DNA of 64,000 nt, taken from the NCBI GenBank assembly GCA_040876345.1, contig JBBDPM010000006.1, positions 264,547 through 328,546 of the forward strand. The letters are read 5' to 3'. The notes under the pieces are model-generated. The model made no database searches. It was not told the DNA's origin and saw only the letters and a list, made by a program, of their open reading frames with translations. The position numbers and the translations under genes were made by a program. This DNA is from Candidatus Woykebacteria bacterium (GTDB taxonomy: Bacteria; Patescibacteriota; Microgenomatia; Woykebacterales; RBG-16-39-9b). Positions 18,889 through 28,686 of the stretch are shown here, piece after piece; position 1 is the stretch's first letter, and the number at the start of each line of letters is the position of its first letter.

Positions 18889-21363
18889 TTAACCACCAGT
18901 AACTAGATTGAGTAGCCTGCCTTCGATCCAGATAGATTTCTTGATCTGTCCTTTTTTAGTGTAAACTTTTACTTTTGGTCGGTCAAGGGCCAAGCGAGCG
19001 ACATCTTCCTTAGATATACCTTTAGGAGCCTCTAATTTGTCTCTGAAACGTCCATTAACTTGGATGACTATTGTTACTTTATCTTCTTCCAAAAATTTGG
19101 TCTTGTAACTTGGCCAAAGTTGGTGGTGAACCGAAAACTTTTCTCCTAAAACTTCCCATAATTCTTCTGATATGTGTGGTGCCAAGGGGGAAAGAAGTAA
19201 AACAAACTTCTTGGCTAATTCTTTGTTTAACTCATCTTTCTTCTCGTTCATCATGTTCAAGAACTCCATCATTGCAGCAATCGCCGTGTTAAACTTTAGG
19301 TTTTCCAAATCCTCACCAACCTTTTTAATCAAAAGGTTAAGCGCCCTTTCCATTTCAAGGCTGGGCGTTGCAGTCGAAGTATTGTCGGCAATCTCTTGAA
19401 CTAAAGACCATACCCGATTCAAGAACCGATAAACTCCGGCAATTGCGCGATCCGAAAAGTCCCCACCTTGTTCATAAGGACCTAAAAATAACAAATAGAT
19501 TCTAAGTGTATCAGCACCGTAAGAGTCCATAAACTCATTGGGATTCACTACATTACCGCGCGACTTGCTCATCTTGGCTCCTTCGTGAATAACCAAACCG
19601 TGAGCTCGAAACTTTTTAAATGGCTCTTCAAAATCTAAATAGCCAATATCATGCAGCGCCATGGTTATGAATCTCGCGTAGAGCAAATGAAGAACCGCGT
19701 GTTCGTTACCACCTATGTAAGAATCAACTGGTAACCACTTCTTCGTAATATCGGAATCAAATGGGACTTGTCCTGAGCGAGCGGAGCGAGTCGAAGGATA
19801 GCGGAGGAAATACCAAGACGAATCTAAAAATGTGTCGGACACATCAGTTTCGCGTTTCGCCAAACTTCCACATTCTGGGCATTTTACGCTCAAAAACTCT
19901 GGCACAGTGGCAAGTGGGCTGACACCGGTTCCTTTGGGTTGGTAGTTCTTTAGATACGGGAGTTCTACTGGCAAATCTTTCTCAGGTACCGGAAACCAGC
20001 CAGTCATATCTTTGTTGGCTGATTTGCCATCTTTAGCACATTTATCGCAGAAAATCATCGGAATCGGCGGTCCCCAATAGCGCTGGCGAGAAATCAACCA
20101 ATCACGCAGATGATAATTAACTGTTCTTTTACCCAACTGATTTTCTTCGATATATTCTGATATCTTTTTTATTCCTTCTTTAGAATCCAAACCATCAAAT
20201 TCCCCAGAATTCACTAACTTCCCTTCGCCAATATAAGCTTCTTTCGAAACGTCTCCACCAATTATCACTTCGACTATTTCTAGATTATATTTTTTTGCAA
20301 ATTCATAGTCACGAGAATCGTGCGCCGGGACAGCCATTATGGCACCAGTTCCGTAGCTTCCGAGGACATAATCGGCTACCCAAACGGGTATTTCTTTTTT
20401 ATTTCCTGAGTTTATTGCAAATACTTCTGTAAAAACTCCAGTCTTTTCTCTTTTTTCAGCTGTTCTATCCTGCTGATCAACCTTTAGTGATTTAGTAATG
20501 TAATCAGCTACTTCTTTTGGAGCTTTCCAACCAAGATCTATCCAACTTTTTGCAACTTCTGGAGATACAACCACAAATGTGGCGCCAAACAAAGTGTCCG
20601 CTCTTGTGGTAAATACCTCAACTAAATGTTTCTTATCTTCCTGCCTTGGTACTTCAAGGCTAAATTTTATTTGCAACCCCTCGCTCTTACCAATCCAATT
20701 CTTCTGCATAGTTTTGGTGGTTTCTGACCAATCTATTTTGTCTAGATTGCTCAATAACTTTTCAGCGTAGTCGGTGGTTTTAAGAAACCACTGCTCAAGT
20801 TCTTTTTCGATGACTTGGCTTTGGCAACGCTCACATTTACCCCCTATCACCTGCTCATCAGCAAGAACGGTTTTGCAGGATGGGCACCAGTCCACTGGTG
20901 CTTTTTTACGTACGGCAAGGCCAGCCTTGAATAGCTGAATAAACAGCCATTGAGTCCATTTGTAATAGTTTGGTTGTGAAGTGATCACTTCATGATCCCA
21001 GTCAAAGAGAGCGCCAAGCCTTTTCATTTGCCTCTCGCGGAAATAAGACGTTGTTTCTTGTATCAATTCTCTTGGGTGCTTGCCCACTTTAATTGCGTAG
21101 TTTTCTGAGTGAATTCCAAAGCTATCAAATCCCATCGGCTCAAACACGTTGTAACCCTGCATGCGCTTGAGACGACCAAAAGTATCTGCTCCACCAAAAG
21201 CGTAGACGTGACCGACGTGCAAACCCTCTCCTGAGGGGTACGGAAACATCATAAGATTGAAGAAGGGTCGTTCGGCTTTCTTGATATCGACTCTGAACGT
21301 TCCATCTCTATCCCACCTTTCCTGCCACTTAGCCTCAATTGTCTTAGCGTCATATCTTTTCAT
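18889..21363 (-). CDS. leuS: leucine--tRNA ligase
   Basis: MFPYPSG.GLHVGH, DWLISRQRYWG, KMSKS; start MKRYDAK at 21363. Confidence 0.97.
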   Translation of the reverse strand: MKRYDAKTIEAKWQERWDRDGTFRVDIKKAERPFFNLMMFPYPSGEGLHVGHVYAFGGADTFGRLKRMQGYNVFEPMGFDSFGIHSENYAIKVGKHPRELIQETTSYFRERQMKRLGALFDWDHEVITSQPNYYKWTQWLFIQLFKAGLAVRKKAPVDWCPSCKTVLADEQVIGGKCERCQSQVIEKELEQWFLKTTDYAEKLLSNLDKIDWSETTKTMQKNWIGKSEGLQIKFSLEVPRQEDKKHLVEVFTTRADTLFGATFVVVSPEVAKSWIDLGWKAPKEVADYITKSLKVDQQDRTAEKREKTGVFTEVFAINSGNKKEIPVWVADYVLGSYGTGAIMAVPAHDSRDYEFAKKYNLEIVEVIIGGDVSKEAYIGEGKLVNSGEFDGLDSKEGIKKISEYIEENQLGKRTVNYHLRDWLISRQRYWGPPIPMIFCDKCAKDGKSANKDMTGWFPVPEKDLPVELPYLKNYQPKGTGVSPLATVPEFLSVKCPECGSLAKRETDVSDTFLDSSWYFLRYPSTRSARSGQVPFDSDITKKWLPVDSYIGGNEHAVLHLLYARFITMALHDIGYLDFEEPFKKFRAHGLVIHEGAKMSKSRGNVVNPNEFMDSYGADTLRIYLLFLGPYEQGGDFSDRAIAGVYRFLNRVWSLVQEIADNTSTATPSLEMERALNLLIKKVGEDLENLKFNTAIAAMMEFLNMMNEKKDELNKELAKKFVLLLSPLAPHISEELWEVLGEKFSVHHQLWPSYKTKFLEEDKVTIVIQVNGRFRDKLEAPKGISKEDVARLALDRPKVKVYTKKGQIKKSIWIEGRLLNLVTGG
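19768..19798. repeat. REP-like palindromic element in frame inside leuS
   Basis: GTCCTGAGCGAGCGGAGCGAGTCGAAGG, encoding PSTRSARSGQ. Confidence 0.6.
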
Positions 21364-21446
21364 CTCTGGGGATGATTCTACCAAACTAAATGTCTTTAGC
21401 AAAGCTATAAATTTGTTACCTTTTACCAAAAGGTAACACCAAAGGG

Positions 21447-21735
21447 TCCGCCTGAACTGCGCGTGCTAGCAAAATTTAAGTCGCTCAAGTGAAATAGATC
21501 GCTACGCGCTCTGCGTTCCTATCCAAACTCGCCTTCGGCTCAAACATGCAATTTACACTAGGTCGCTTTGTTGAATTTTGCCTATACTCATGCTCGTATG
21601 GCGGTTTAAGGGCTTCTCCTTACCGGCCATAGATTAGTCAGCGTGAAGAAACCCTCGATTTTAGCTGGAGGATCTCTGGCCGGCAGTTTGGCTCCACCTT
21701 TGCTGCCAAAGGTGGAAAGTACTTTTTAGCAAAAG
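21447..21735. repeat. long imperfect hairpin, REP/MITE-like non-coding element
   Basis: Nested arms CCGCC/GGCGG, GCAAAATTTAA/TTGAATTTTGC, AGTG.AAT/ATTT.CACT around AAACTCGCCTTCGGCTCAAACA; also CCACCTTTG/CAAAGGTGG. Confidence 0.55.
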
Positions 21736-21844
21736 CCCTTACCTTCCAAACTTGACACATACCTCTATTTAATGGTATAAAAAAGGTATAATTATACTTA
21801 TTGGTAAAGCTAAAACGAAACTTTACCGATAAGCCCTGCCCAAA

Positions 21845-24800
21845 ATGGAAGACAACCTGCCCAAAGTTGATCTCGCCTTGGGCGAGATTTTTTCGAAATA
21901 TAGGGATTACCTAAAATCCTCCGGGTACTCCAATCCCACTGTAAAGAACTATTTGTCGGATCTTCGCCATCTTATCGCTTGGATTAATGAGCGCTATTCC
22001 GGCTTTTCCTTTGTCTTTCTTACTCTCCCCTCAGTTCGGGCCTACCGAAGTTTTGTTAAGGAAAAATTTCGCTCTAAACCATCAATCTCGGCTCGCCGCC
22101 TCTCATCCCTTCGCAAATTCCTCTCCTGGGCTGGCAATTTAAAATATGTTCCAGAAGATCTAGTAAAAGCGACTGAATATATTCTTTCCGACAAAGAGGC
22201 ACCGACTACTCTACCCCAACCTCAAATAATCTTCCAAGGACCATCAACTGAGCTTAAGGACGAAACCAAAACTCCTCCAGTGCCAGATAAAATACATCAA
22301 AAGCACCATATCAAATACACTCGCCCACTCTGGTATCAGCGTTACCACGAGCACCCTGCTCACCGCGTAATCCACTTCTCCATACTGGGAGTGTTCCTGT
22401 TACTACTTGCAAACCTAATGTTTGGTCAACTCATAGGCGACTTGCTAAAAAGAGAAACTGCGCCGGATCTTGGTAATGTTTTGGCCGCGACTCCACCGAG
22501 GATTCTTTCTTTTCAAGGAAGACTAACAGATGAAAATGATGTACCGGTTTCGACGGCTACCAACATTGTCTTCAGAATATGGGACGACGATCTTGATAGT
22601 ACGGAGGTTGATTGTGATGGCGGCGGTGACGAAGATTGTATGTGGAAGAGTAAAACCTGGTCAGTTACACCAGATCAAAATGGTATCTTTTCTGTCTTAC
22701 TAGGTGATACAAGTCAGTCGGATACCACCATACCGGCTTCTCTATTCTCCGATAATGCTTCACTTTGGCTTGGGGTAAAGGTTGAATCCGACTCAGAAAT
22801 GACTCCTCGCCAACGCATCGCCTCCTCCACTTACGCTCTCAATGCTGATGCGCTTGATGGAGTCGATTCGGTATCATTCCTTCGCTCTGATGCATCGGAC
22901 AACTACACCTCCGGCACCCTTACCATAGATGACGGCACTACCTTTGCCGTCAACTCAACCACAATCGGCATTGGCAATGCTTCTTCAGACGCGGCCACGA
23001 TTAACGCTACCTCTACCTTTAACACTGATGTTAACCTAAGTTTAGCGTCAACTGAAGATTTGGTAATTACAAATACCAACTGGGCACCCGCATCAGGCAT
23101 AGGATTAGTTGATGTCAACGCTACCTCCTCCACCAACGACGCTCGTGGTGTTGACAATTATTTTGATTTAAACAGTACTGGCAGTGTTACTCAATACGGG
23201 TACTATGGAAATTTTGATGCTACCAGCGTAGCCTTGGCCGACGATACCACTTCAAACTACTACGGTATCTACCAGACTGTCAGTAAAACTGGTACCGATA
23301 CGGCCGCAACAACTGCCACAACAACTGGCACCTACGGGATAAGAGCCTCAGCTTCAAACACTTCAGGTACAAATGACGCGGAAATTACCAGGAAAACGTA
23401 TGGAGGCTACTTTTCAGCTGAAAATAACGGAACCGGGAACGGTCAAGCTTATGGGATTTACTCAACGGTGTCTGGAAATGATGACTCATCAGAATCGGAC
23501 TTCGCCTACGCCGGCTACTTCAACGGGGCTCTGAACACAACCTACAACGTTGGTGTGGCTTCCGGTACTGGCTGTTATATTAACATTTGCGACGCCGTGA
23601 CTTCAAACCCTACCGACATCGCCGGCCAAGGCTTCTTTGGAGCCGGCAGGCTAACTGCATTCTCTGCAAAAGTTGATATAAACCACTCATTTACCACTGA
23701 CAGCGCCATTGGTTTGTTAGTCAATACCGGTACTAAAACTTCCGGAACCGTTACCAATAACTATGGTATTAAAGTTGAAAACCAGACCTACGGCAGCACC
23801 GATTATGGTCTTTATATTGCTGGTGCGGAAGATTATGCAATTTACACGGCTGCTGATGACATCAAATTTGTCCAAGCAGCTGCCGACTCCCTAACTATTG
23901 ACGCTGGCACAACGGACAAGACCCAAGACGCAATTTCCCTTGATGTTGATGTTAATAGCACAAATGTAGCTGGAATGTTTGTTGACCTGGATGTTGGTAC
24001 TGCCCTATCTTCTGGAGAAATTGCCGATGGACTCAAAGTAGACGTTGCCGGTAATGCATCGGATAATGCCGCTGCAGCTGTTAATGGTCTTCGCTTGAAA
24101 GGTGCAACTGCCTCTGGAGCTCCTGTAACCGGAGTCAACATTGAAACAGCTTTTGACGTTGATATAGATCTTCAAAATGATGAACAAATACTAAATACTG
24201 CCGATGACGAGATTGAATTCCAATGTGCGCCAGCTGGCAGCTGTACTGCATCTAATGACTTAAGGTTTGACTTAGACGGTACCAATCCTGTCATTGATTC
24301 GCCTACGGACACAATAATACAGATAAACGATACTCTGATGATTGATCTAGCTGGTAACGCTAGTGATGAGGCCATCTGTGGAGACAATGCTGAGGATGAT
24401 ACGACGGATGTTATGGTAAACGATTGTACCACTGGTTCTACTGAAGATTACGCCGAATTCTACTCAGTTGAGCCCAATACAACGTACGGCCATATTGTTT
24501 CTGCTGGAGATGAGTATATTACAACAACTAAGCATAAACTAGATCCGCAAACTCACACTTTCGTCAAATTAGTCAAAGCTCAAAAAGGCAGTAACCGCAC
24601 TATGATTGGGATAGTTAGTAATAACTACAGCGATTTTAGTGTTACAGGTGACAGGATAAAGCCAGAAGACAACCCCTTTCCTATCGCTCTAAATGGGCGA
24701 GTGCCAGTATTTGTAACCGATGAAAATGGATCAATCGAAGTCGGGGACCGAATAACTTCTTCTTCAACTCCGGGTGTGGGTATGAAGGTTGATGATCAAA

Positions 24801-25363
24801 CCGAACAAACGATTGGTATTGCTCTTTCTGCTTTCGATGAGCGTGGTCAGGGTAGCATTATTGTATTTGTAAATATCGGTTGGAATTTTATTGATCTTGA
24901 CCAAGAAACCCGAATAAAAAACCAGATAACCGAATACCTAACCGGTATCGACCATTTGAATATGAAAAACCTTAAAGCTGAAACCATAAGCATTGGCGAA
25001 AACAAAATTTCGCTGGACGATGAAGGTAATTTAAGAGTTGATGGAAATCTTGTTGCAAAGGGTGATGTAAAAATTGAGGGTAACTTAACTTTAGACGGAA
25101 GTTTTTCAGCTAAAGAGATCAAAACGGAAAAATTGGGCTTGGGTGAAAAATCAACTGGAACGGCAACTCTACGCAAAGGAGAAACAAGGGTTGAAATTGA
25201 AGCATCGGAAATATCCGAAAACTCGTTGGTTTTTATCACCCCAACCTCAAGAACTTATGATGTGCTAACAGTGATTGAGAAAAAGCCTGGGGAGGGCTTT
25301 GTCGTTGAAGATTACTTCCCCGCTGAAGAAGACATCCACTTCAACTGGTTCTTTGTAAATTAG
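21845..25363 (+). CDS. giant membrane-anchored fibre-like protein: integrase SAM-like N-domain, TM, beta-rich fibre, peptidase-G2-like chaperone domain
   Basis: YL...GYS..TVKNYLSDL...RRLSSLRKF (integrase N-terminal domain, no catalytic domain); TM at about aa 175-197; PRILSFQGRLTD; DYAE...GRVPV.V..ENG.I..GD.ITSS..PGVGMK. Confidence 0.85.
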   Translation: MEDNLPKVDLALGEIFSKYRDYLKSSGYSNPTVKNYLSDLRHLIAWINERYSGFSFVFLTLPSVRAYRSFVKEKFRSKPSISARRLSSLRKFLSWAGNLKYVPEDLVKATEYILSDKEAPTTLPQPQIIFQGPSTELKDETKTPPVPDKIHQKHHIKYTRPLWYQRYHEHPAHRVIHFSILGVFLLLLANLMFGQLIGDLLKRETAPDLGNVLAATPPRILSFQGRLTDENDVPVSTATNIVFRIWDDDLDSTEVDCDGGGDEDCMWKSKTWSVTPDQNGIFSVLLGDTSQSDTTIPASLFSDNASLWLGVKVESDSEMTPRQRIASSTYALNADALDGVDSVSFLRSDASDNYTSGTLTIDDGTTFAVNSTTIGIGNASSDAATINATSTFNTDVNLSLASTEDLVITNTNWAPASGIGLVDVNATSSTNDARGVDNYFDLNSTGSVTQYGYYGNFDATSVALADDTTSNYYGIYQTVSKTGTDTAATTATTTGTYGIRASASNTSGTNDAEITRKTYGGYFSAENNGTGNGQAYGIYSTVSGNDDSSESDFAYAGYFNGALNTTYNVGVASGTGCYINICDAVTSNPTDIAGQGFFGAGRLTAFSAKVDINHSFTTDSAIGLLVNTGTKTSGTVTNNYGIKVENQTYGSTDYGLYIAGAEDYAIYTAADDIKFVQAAADSLTIDAGTTDKTQDAISLDVDVNSTNVAGMFVDLDVGTALSSGEIADGLKVDVAGNASDNAAAAVNGLRLKGATASGAPVTGVNIETAFDVDIDLQNDEQILNTADDEIEFQCAPAGSCTASNDLRFDLDGTNPVIDSPTDTIIQINDTLMIDLAGNASDEAICGDNAEDDTTDVMVNDCTTGSTEDYAEFYSVEPNTTYGHIVSAGDEYITTTKHKLDPQTHTFVKLVKAQKGSNRTMIGIVSNNYSDFSVTGDRIKPEDNPFPIALNGRVPVFVTDENGSIEVGDRITSSSTPGVGMKVDDQTEQTIGIALSAFDERGQGSIIVFVNIGWNFIDLDQETRIKNQITEYLTGIDHLNMKNLKAETISIGENKISLDDEGNLRVDGNLVAKGDVKIEGNLTLDGSFSAKEIKTEKLGLGEKSTGTATLRKGETRVEIEASEISENSLVFITPTSRTYDVLTVIEKKPGEGFVVEDYFPAEEDIHFNWFFVN

Positions 25364-25367
25364 ACCT

Positions 25368-27779
25368 TTATCTACAATCAGTACCGTAGGCGCTCACCAT
25401 TGCCCCGATCTCTTGAACACCCACTATTCCATCCGGAGGTCCCCACTGCCAAGCACTCATACCCGCAAATTTTGATCTATCATAATTTATTGAGTAATTT
25501 GGTTGGCCCCATCTTGCCCCATAATGACTAACGATCAATCCTATGTCAGTGACCGCTATTACTGAGTCATGATCCGCGTCAAAGAAGTCCCATTTATTCA
25601 GGGGATCTCGTAATCCACCCAACCATTTGTTTGGCCCAAGCTCCTTGACATTTTTGCAACCATCACCATCGGCATCTTCCAAACCGTCATTTGTCCCATT
25701 CCCGTTACTGTCAGAAGCGTTTGGATTTGTTTTTAAAATAAATCTTTCTTGGTAGTCCCGCAACCCATCACTATCTTGATCCCCTTCTCCATCCAAAACT
25801 CCATTGTTGTCAGAGTCACTATCATGCGGGTCAGTTCCTAAAGTTAGTATTTCCTCGTGATCCAGCACTTTATCGCTGTCGCTATTGTGGCCAATAAAAA
25901 TGGACTTTGTGCCCTTTAGACCTACGTTATCGGTGACAGTCAATCTAATTTCCAAAAAGTGTAACTCGCTTCCTGAGTCCGCCGGTGCAATGAAATTTTT
26001 GTTTGTTCCTAAAGTTTGCAAATATGGATGGGTGTGACAACCCCCTCCAACCACGGGCTCGCAGTGGTGCAATAAAACGGTCCAGGAAAGGCCTGAGGCA
26101 ACCATTGGCCCGTTTTCTGGATCAAAGCCACTACCGTTTAGTGTCAATGTTTGTAAGTAATTGTAAGATAAACGAGCGGTTGGTGTGCCAATAAAAGCCT
26201 CGGGAGGAGCGTTTCCGACAATTATATTAATCACATCAGTATCGGTAGCACCATCGTTGTCAGTTACCGTTAGTTGAACATTATATGTCCCGTTTTGATT
26301 AAAAATGTGTTGTGGGTTTGCCTGGGAAGAAGAGCTGCCATCTCCAAAATCCCAATCATAAGAGACTATATTTCCATCAGAATCGTAACTGGTGTTATTA
26401 AAATCAACCGTCAGCGGTGAAAGCCCACCCTGAACGGACGATGAAGCTTGCGCGACTGGAGCCAAATTACCCTCAGGAGCAATAATATGCCGGATGTCCC
26501 CACTACTGTCAGTAAAAGCCTCCCACGTAATATAGTAAACATCTCCATCAGGACCAATTTTGAATGCTATTGGGGAGCCTTGATTCTGCAAAATAGTCTC
26601 CACACTTCCTTCAATAAGCTCGTTGTTTGCATCCAGTTTCAACACACCAATTTTTTTCTGGACCCAATCAGCAAAGAAAAAGGAATTCGAAAAAACTGAA
26701 GGGTAGTTTTCACCCTGATAAAACACCCCTCCTATAACGGCAGCCCCTTGACTTGGTGGCCTTTCGTAGCTGTAAACAGGATGAACAACTGCTGCCCCAG
26801 AGGCATAAAGTTCCTGGCACACTTGCATACTACTATTAGTTGGGTGTTGGCTCACCCCCTCATAACAAGGCCATCCGTAGTTGCCGCTAGCGGTAGCCAC
26901 ATCAATTTCTTCCCAATAAGTTGATCCAACGTTCCCAACAACCGGAAGATTCGTTCCTGGTTGAATTGTAAGACTGTGGGGATTGCGAAAGCCGTAAGCC
27001 CAAATTTTTGAGCGGTTGGCATTTGGATCTCCAGTAAAAAATGGGTTATCTGCTGGTCCTGTACCATCCGTATTAATTCTTAGAACCTTACCTGACAGAC
27101 TATCCAAATTTTGAACCCTTGCCAGTTTGTTCGGATCTAGGAAATTATCTGTACTGTCACCAATAGCCAAAAACAGTTTTCCATCTGGAGCAAATTCCAT
27201 GCCACCACCAGTGTGAAACGGATCATCATTTGGGATACAATCCGTGCCAGTGGGAAAATTGTTACACGATGGAGCGGCCGGTGTGCCTACTTGCGTTCCA
27301 AGTAAGACCACTTCGCTCCCAGGCACCGCTACATCACCGTTAGCTGTCACTCTGATAAGCCGCCCATTTTTTGGCCCCTGGGGATTAGCAGGATCATTCT
27401 CGTAAGTATAGTAGATATAAACATATCCATTTGTATCAAAATTTGGATCTAAAGCAAAATTTTCTAGGCCTCTTTCTATCGCGTTATTTACCGGAAGTTG
27501 GATGAATGGTGTTGGTAGTATTTGCCCATTTTTATGAACTAGTACCTTACCGTCAAGGGTAGCAATTAATATTCTACCGTCATTCGTAAACTCAAAATCT
27601 TTTGGTTGGCTTAGATCGTCCACGACAATTTCGCTGTAAAGCAAACCTTCTAGTTGGGCATGGGTGGGGGATGATGATTTAATAGAAACTACTAGAAGAC
27701 TGCACAAGAAAATGAAAAGAACCACGCTTAGTAATAACCTCTGGAGAAAATTTTTTCGCGCTTTAACTTTCATCATCAT
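25368..27779 (-). CDS. secreted PQQ-dependent sugar dehydrogenase (GSDH) with PKD, Ca-binding DxDxDG repeats and a flexitail/dockerin-like tail
   Basis: ERGL...ALDPNF, HTGG.M.FAPDG, GKVLRI, YGFRNP, NYGWP; YDWDFGDG; DADGDGC....ELGP...GGLRDPLNKWDFFD. Confidence 0.85.
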   Translation of the reverse strand: MMMKVKARKNFLQRLLLSVVLFIFLCSLLVVSIKSSSPTHAQLEGLLYSEIVVDDLSQPKDFEFTNDGRILIATLDGKVLVHKNGQILPTPFIQLPVNNAIERGLENFALDPNFDTNGYVYIYYTYENDPANPQGPKNGRLIRVTANGDVAVPGSEVVLLGTQVGTPAAPSCNNFPTGTDCIPNDDPFHTGGGMEFAPDGKLFLAIGDSTDNFLDPNKLARVQNLDSLSGKVLRINTDGTGPADNPFFTGDPNANRSKIWAYGFRNPHSLTIQPGTNLPVVGNVGSTYWEEIDVATASGNYGWPCYEGVSQHPTNSSMQVCQELYASGAAVVHPVYSYERPPSQGAAVIGGVFYQGENYPSVFSNSFFFADWVQKKIGVLKLDANNELIEGSVETILQNQGSPIAFKIGPDGDVYYITWEAFTDSSGDIRHIIAPEGNLAPVAQASSSVQGGLSPLTVDFNNTSYDSDGNIVSYDWDFGDGSSSSQANPQHIFNQNGTYNVQLTVTDNDGATDTDVINIIVGNAPPEAFIGTPTARLSYNYLQTLTLNGSGFDPENGPMVASGLSWTVLLHHCEPVVGGGCHTHPYLQTLGTNKNFIAPADSGSELHFLEIRLTVTDNVGLKGTKSIFIGHNSDSDKVLDHEEILTLGTDPHDSDSDNNGVLDGEGDQDSDGLRDYQERFILKTNPNASDSNGNGTNDGLEDADGDGCKNVKELGPNKWLGGLRDPLNKWDFFDADHDSVIAVTDIGLIVSHYGARWGQPNYSINYDRSKFAGMSAWQWGPPDGIVGVQEIGAMVSAYGTDCR

Positions 27780-27980
27780 TAAAAATCAAACTATTATAAA
27801 CTACAACTGAAAGGCAGCTGAATGGTAGCAGGTAAAATTGGGTTAGTCAAGAGCTTGCAAGGGTGCAGGAGCTAGTGCCCTGATAGTCTAAGACGGTTTT
27901 ATTTGACTTTTGAATTTATTCTAGTTAGACTTAAATTGGCAGGCTAAAGTTACATAAATCCTTAATATATAACTAATTTT

Positions 27981-28667
27981 ATGTATAAAGCCTTGCCTTT
28001 CTTTATATTTGGACTGACAATTCTATTAATACCCTCCTCTGTTTGGGCTTTTGGTTCTTCGTCAACAAATTACACACTGGACGCTGAATTTGGGAACTGG
28101 GCTGGATCTAAATCTAGTACAAACTATAACTTAACGGATACTGGTGGTGGGTTTGCTGTTGGGTTCGGGAGCAGCGCAAATTATGGAACCGGCAGTGGTT
28201 TCCAGTATGTGCTAGCCGAGATTCGCGAGATGACAGTTACACTATCGAGTAATTCCATAAATCTTGGGACACTAAGCACCGGAGCCGTTACAACGGCTTC
28301 AAATTCAATTGAGGTAGATACAAATGCCGCTGGCGGCTACCAAGTAACAGTGCTAGATGACGGTAATTTACGCACTGGAGCTGGTGCCGACATTAACGAT
28401 GTTTCCGGTGGAACAGTTGGCTTAGGAAGCGAAGAATATGGTCTTGCAACCTCGCAATCCGGTCAAACTATTACTCAAGATGCCTCATGTGGCCCTGATC
28501 CAGATAATGCAAGCGCCATTACAACCTCAGCTCAACTAGTAGCTTCATCATCCCTACCTATAGAAGATGACGCCACCATTCTTTGTTATTCAGCTTCAAT
28601 ATCTGGGTCAACTTCAGCTGGGTCTTACTCTCACGTTTTAACGTACATAACAACAGGTACATTCTAA
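27981..28667 (+). CDS. secreted WxL-like beta-sandwich protein
   Basis: Signal peptide; V.TNA.GGYQVT; C-terminus AGSYSHVLTYITTGTF. Confidence 0.7.
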   Translation: MYKALPFFIFGLTILLIPSSVWAFGSSSTNYTLDAEFGNWAGSKSSTNYNLTDTGGGFAVGFGSSANYGTGSGFQYVLAEIREMTVTLSSNSINLGTLSTGAVTTASNSIEVDTNAAGGYQVTVLDDGNLRTGAGADINDVSGGTVGLGSEEYGLATSQSGQTITQDASCGPDPDNASAITTSAQLVASSSLPIEDDATILCYSASISGSTSAGSYSHVLTYITTGTF

Positions 28668-28686
28668 TTGACAAAGTTTTTGGTTT

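Noticed and set aside
21845-22200. Functional tyrosine integrase or prophage boundary
   Set aside because: Only the N-terminal binding domain is present; a TM helix and fibre follow, with no catalytic residues and no phage structural genes in the window.
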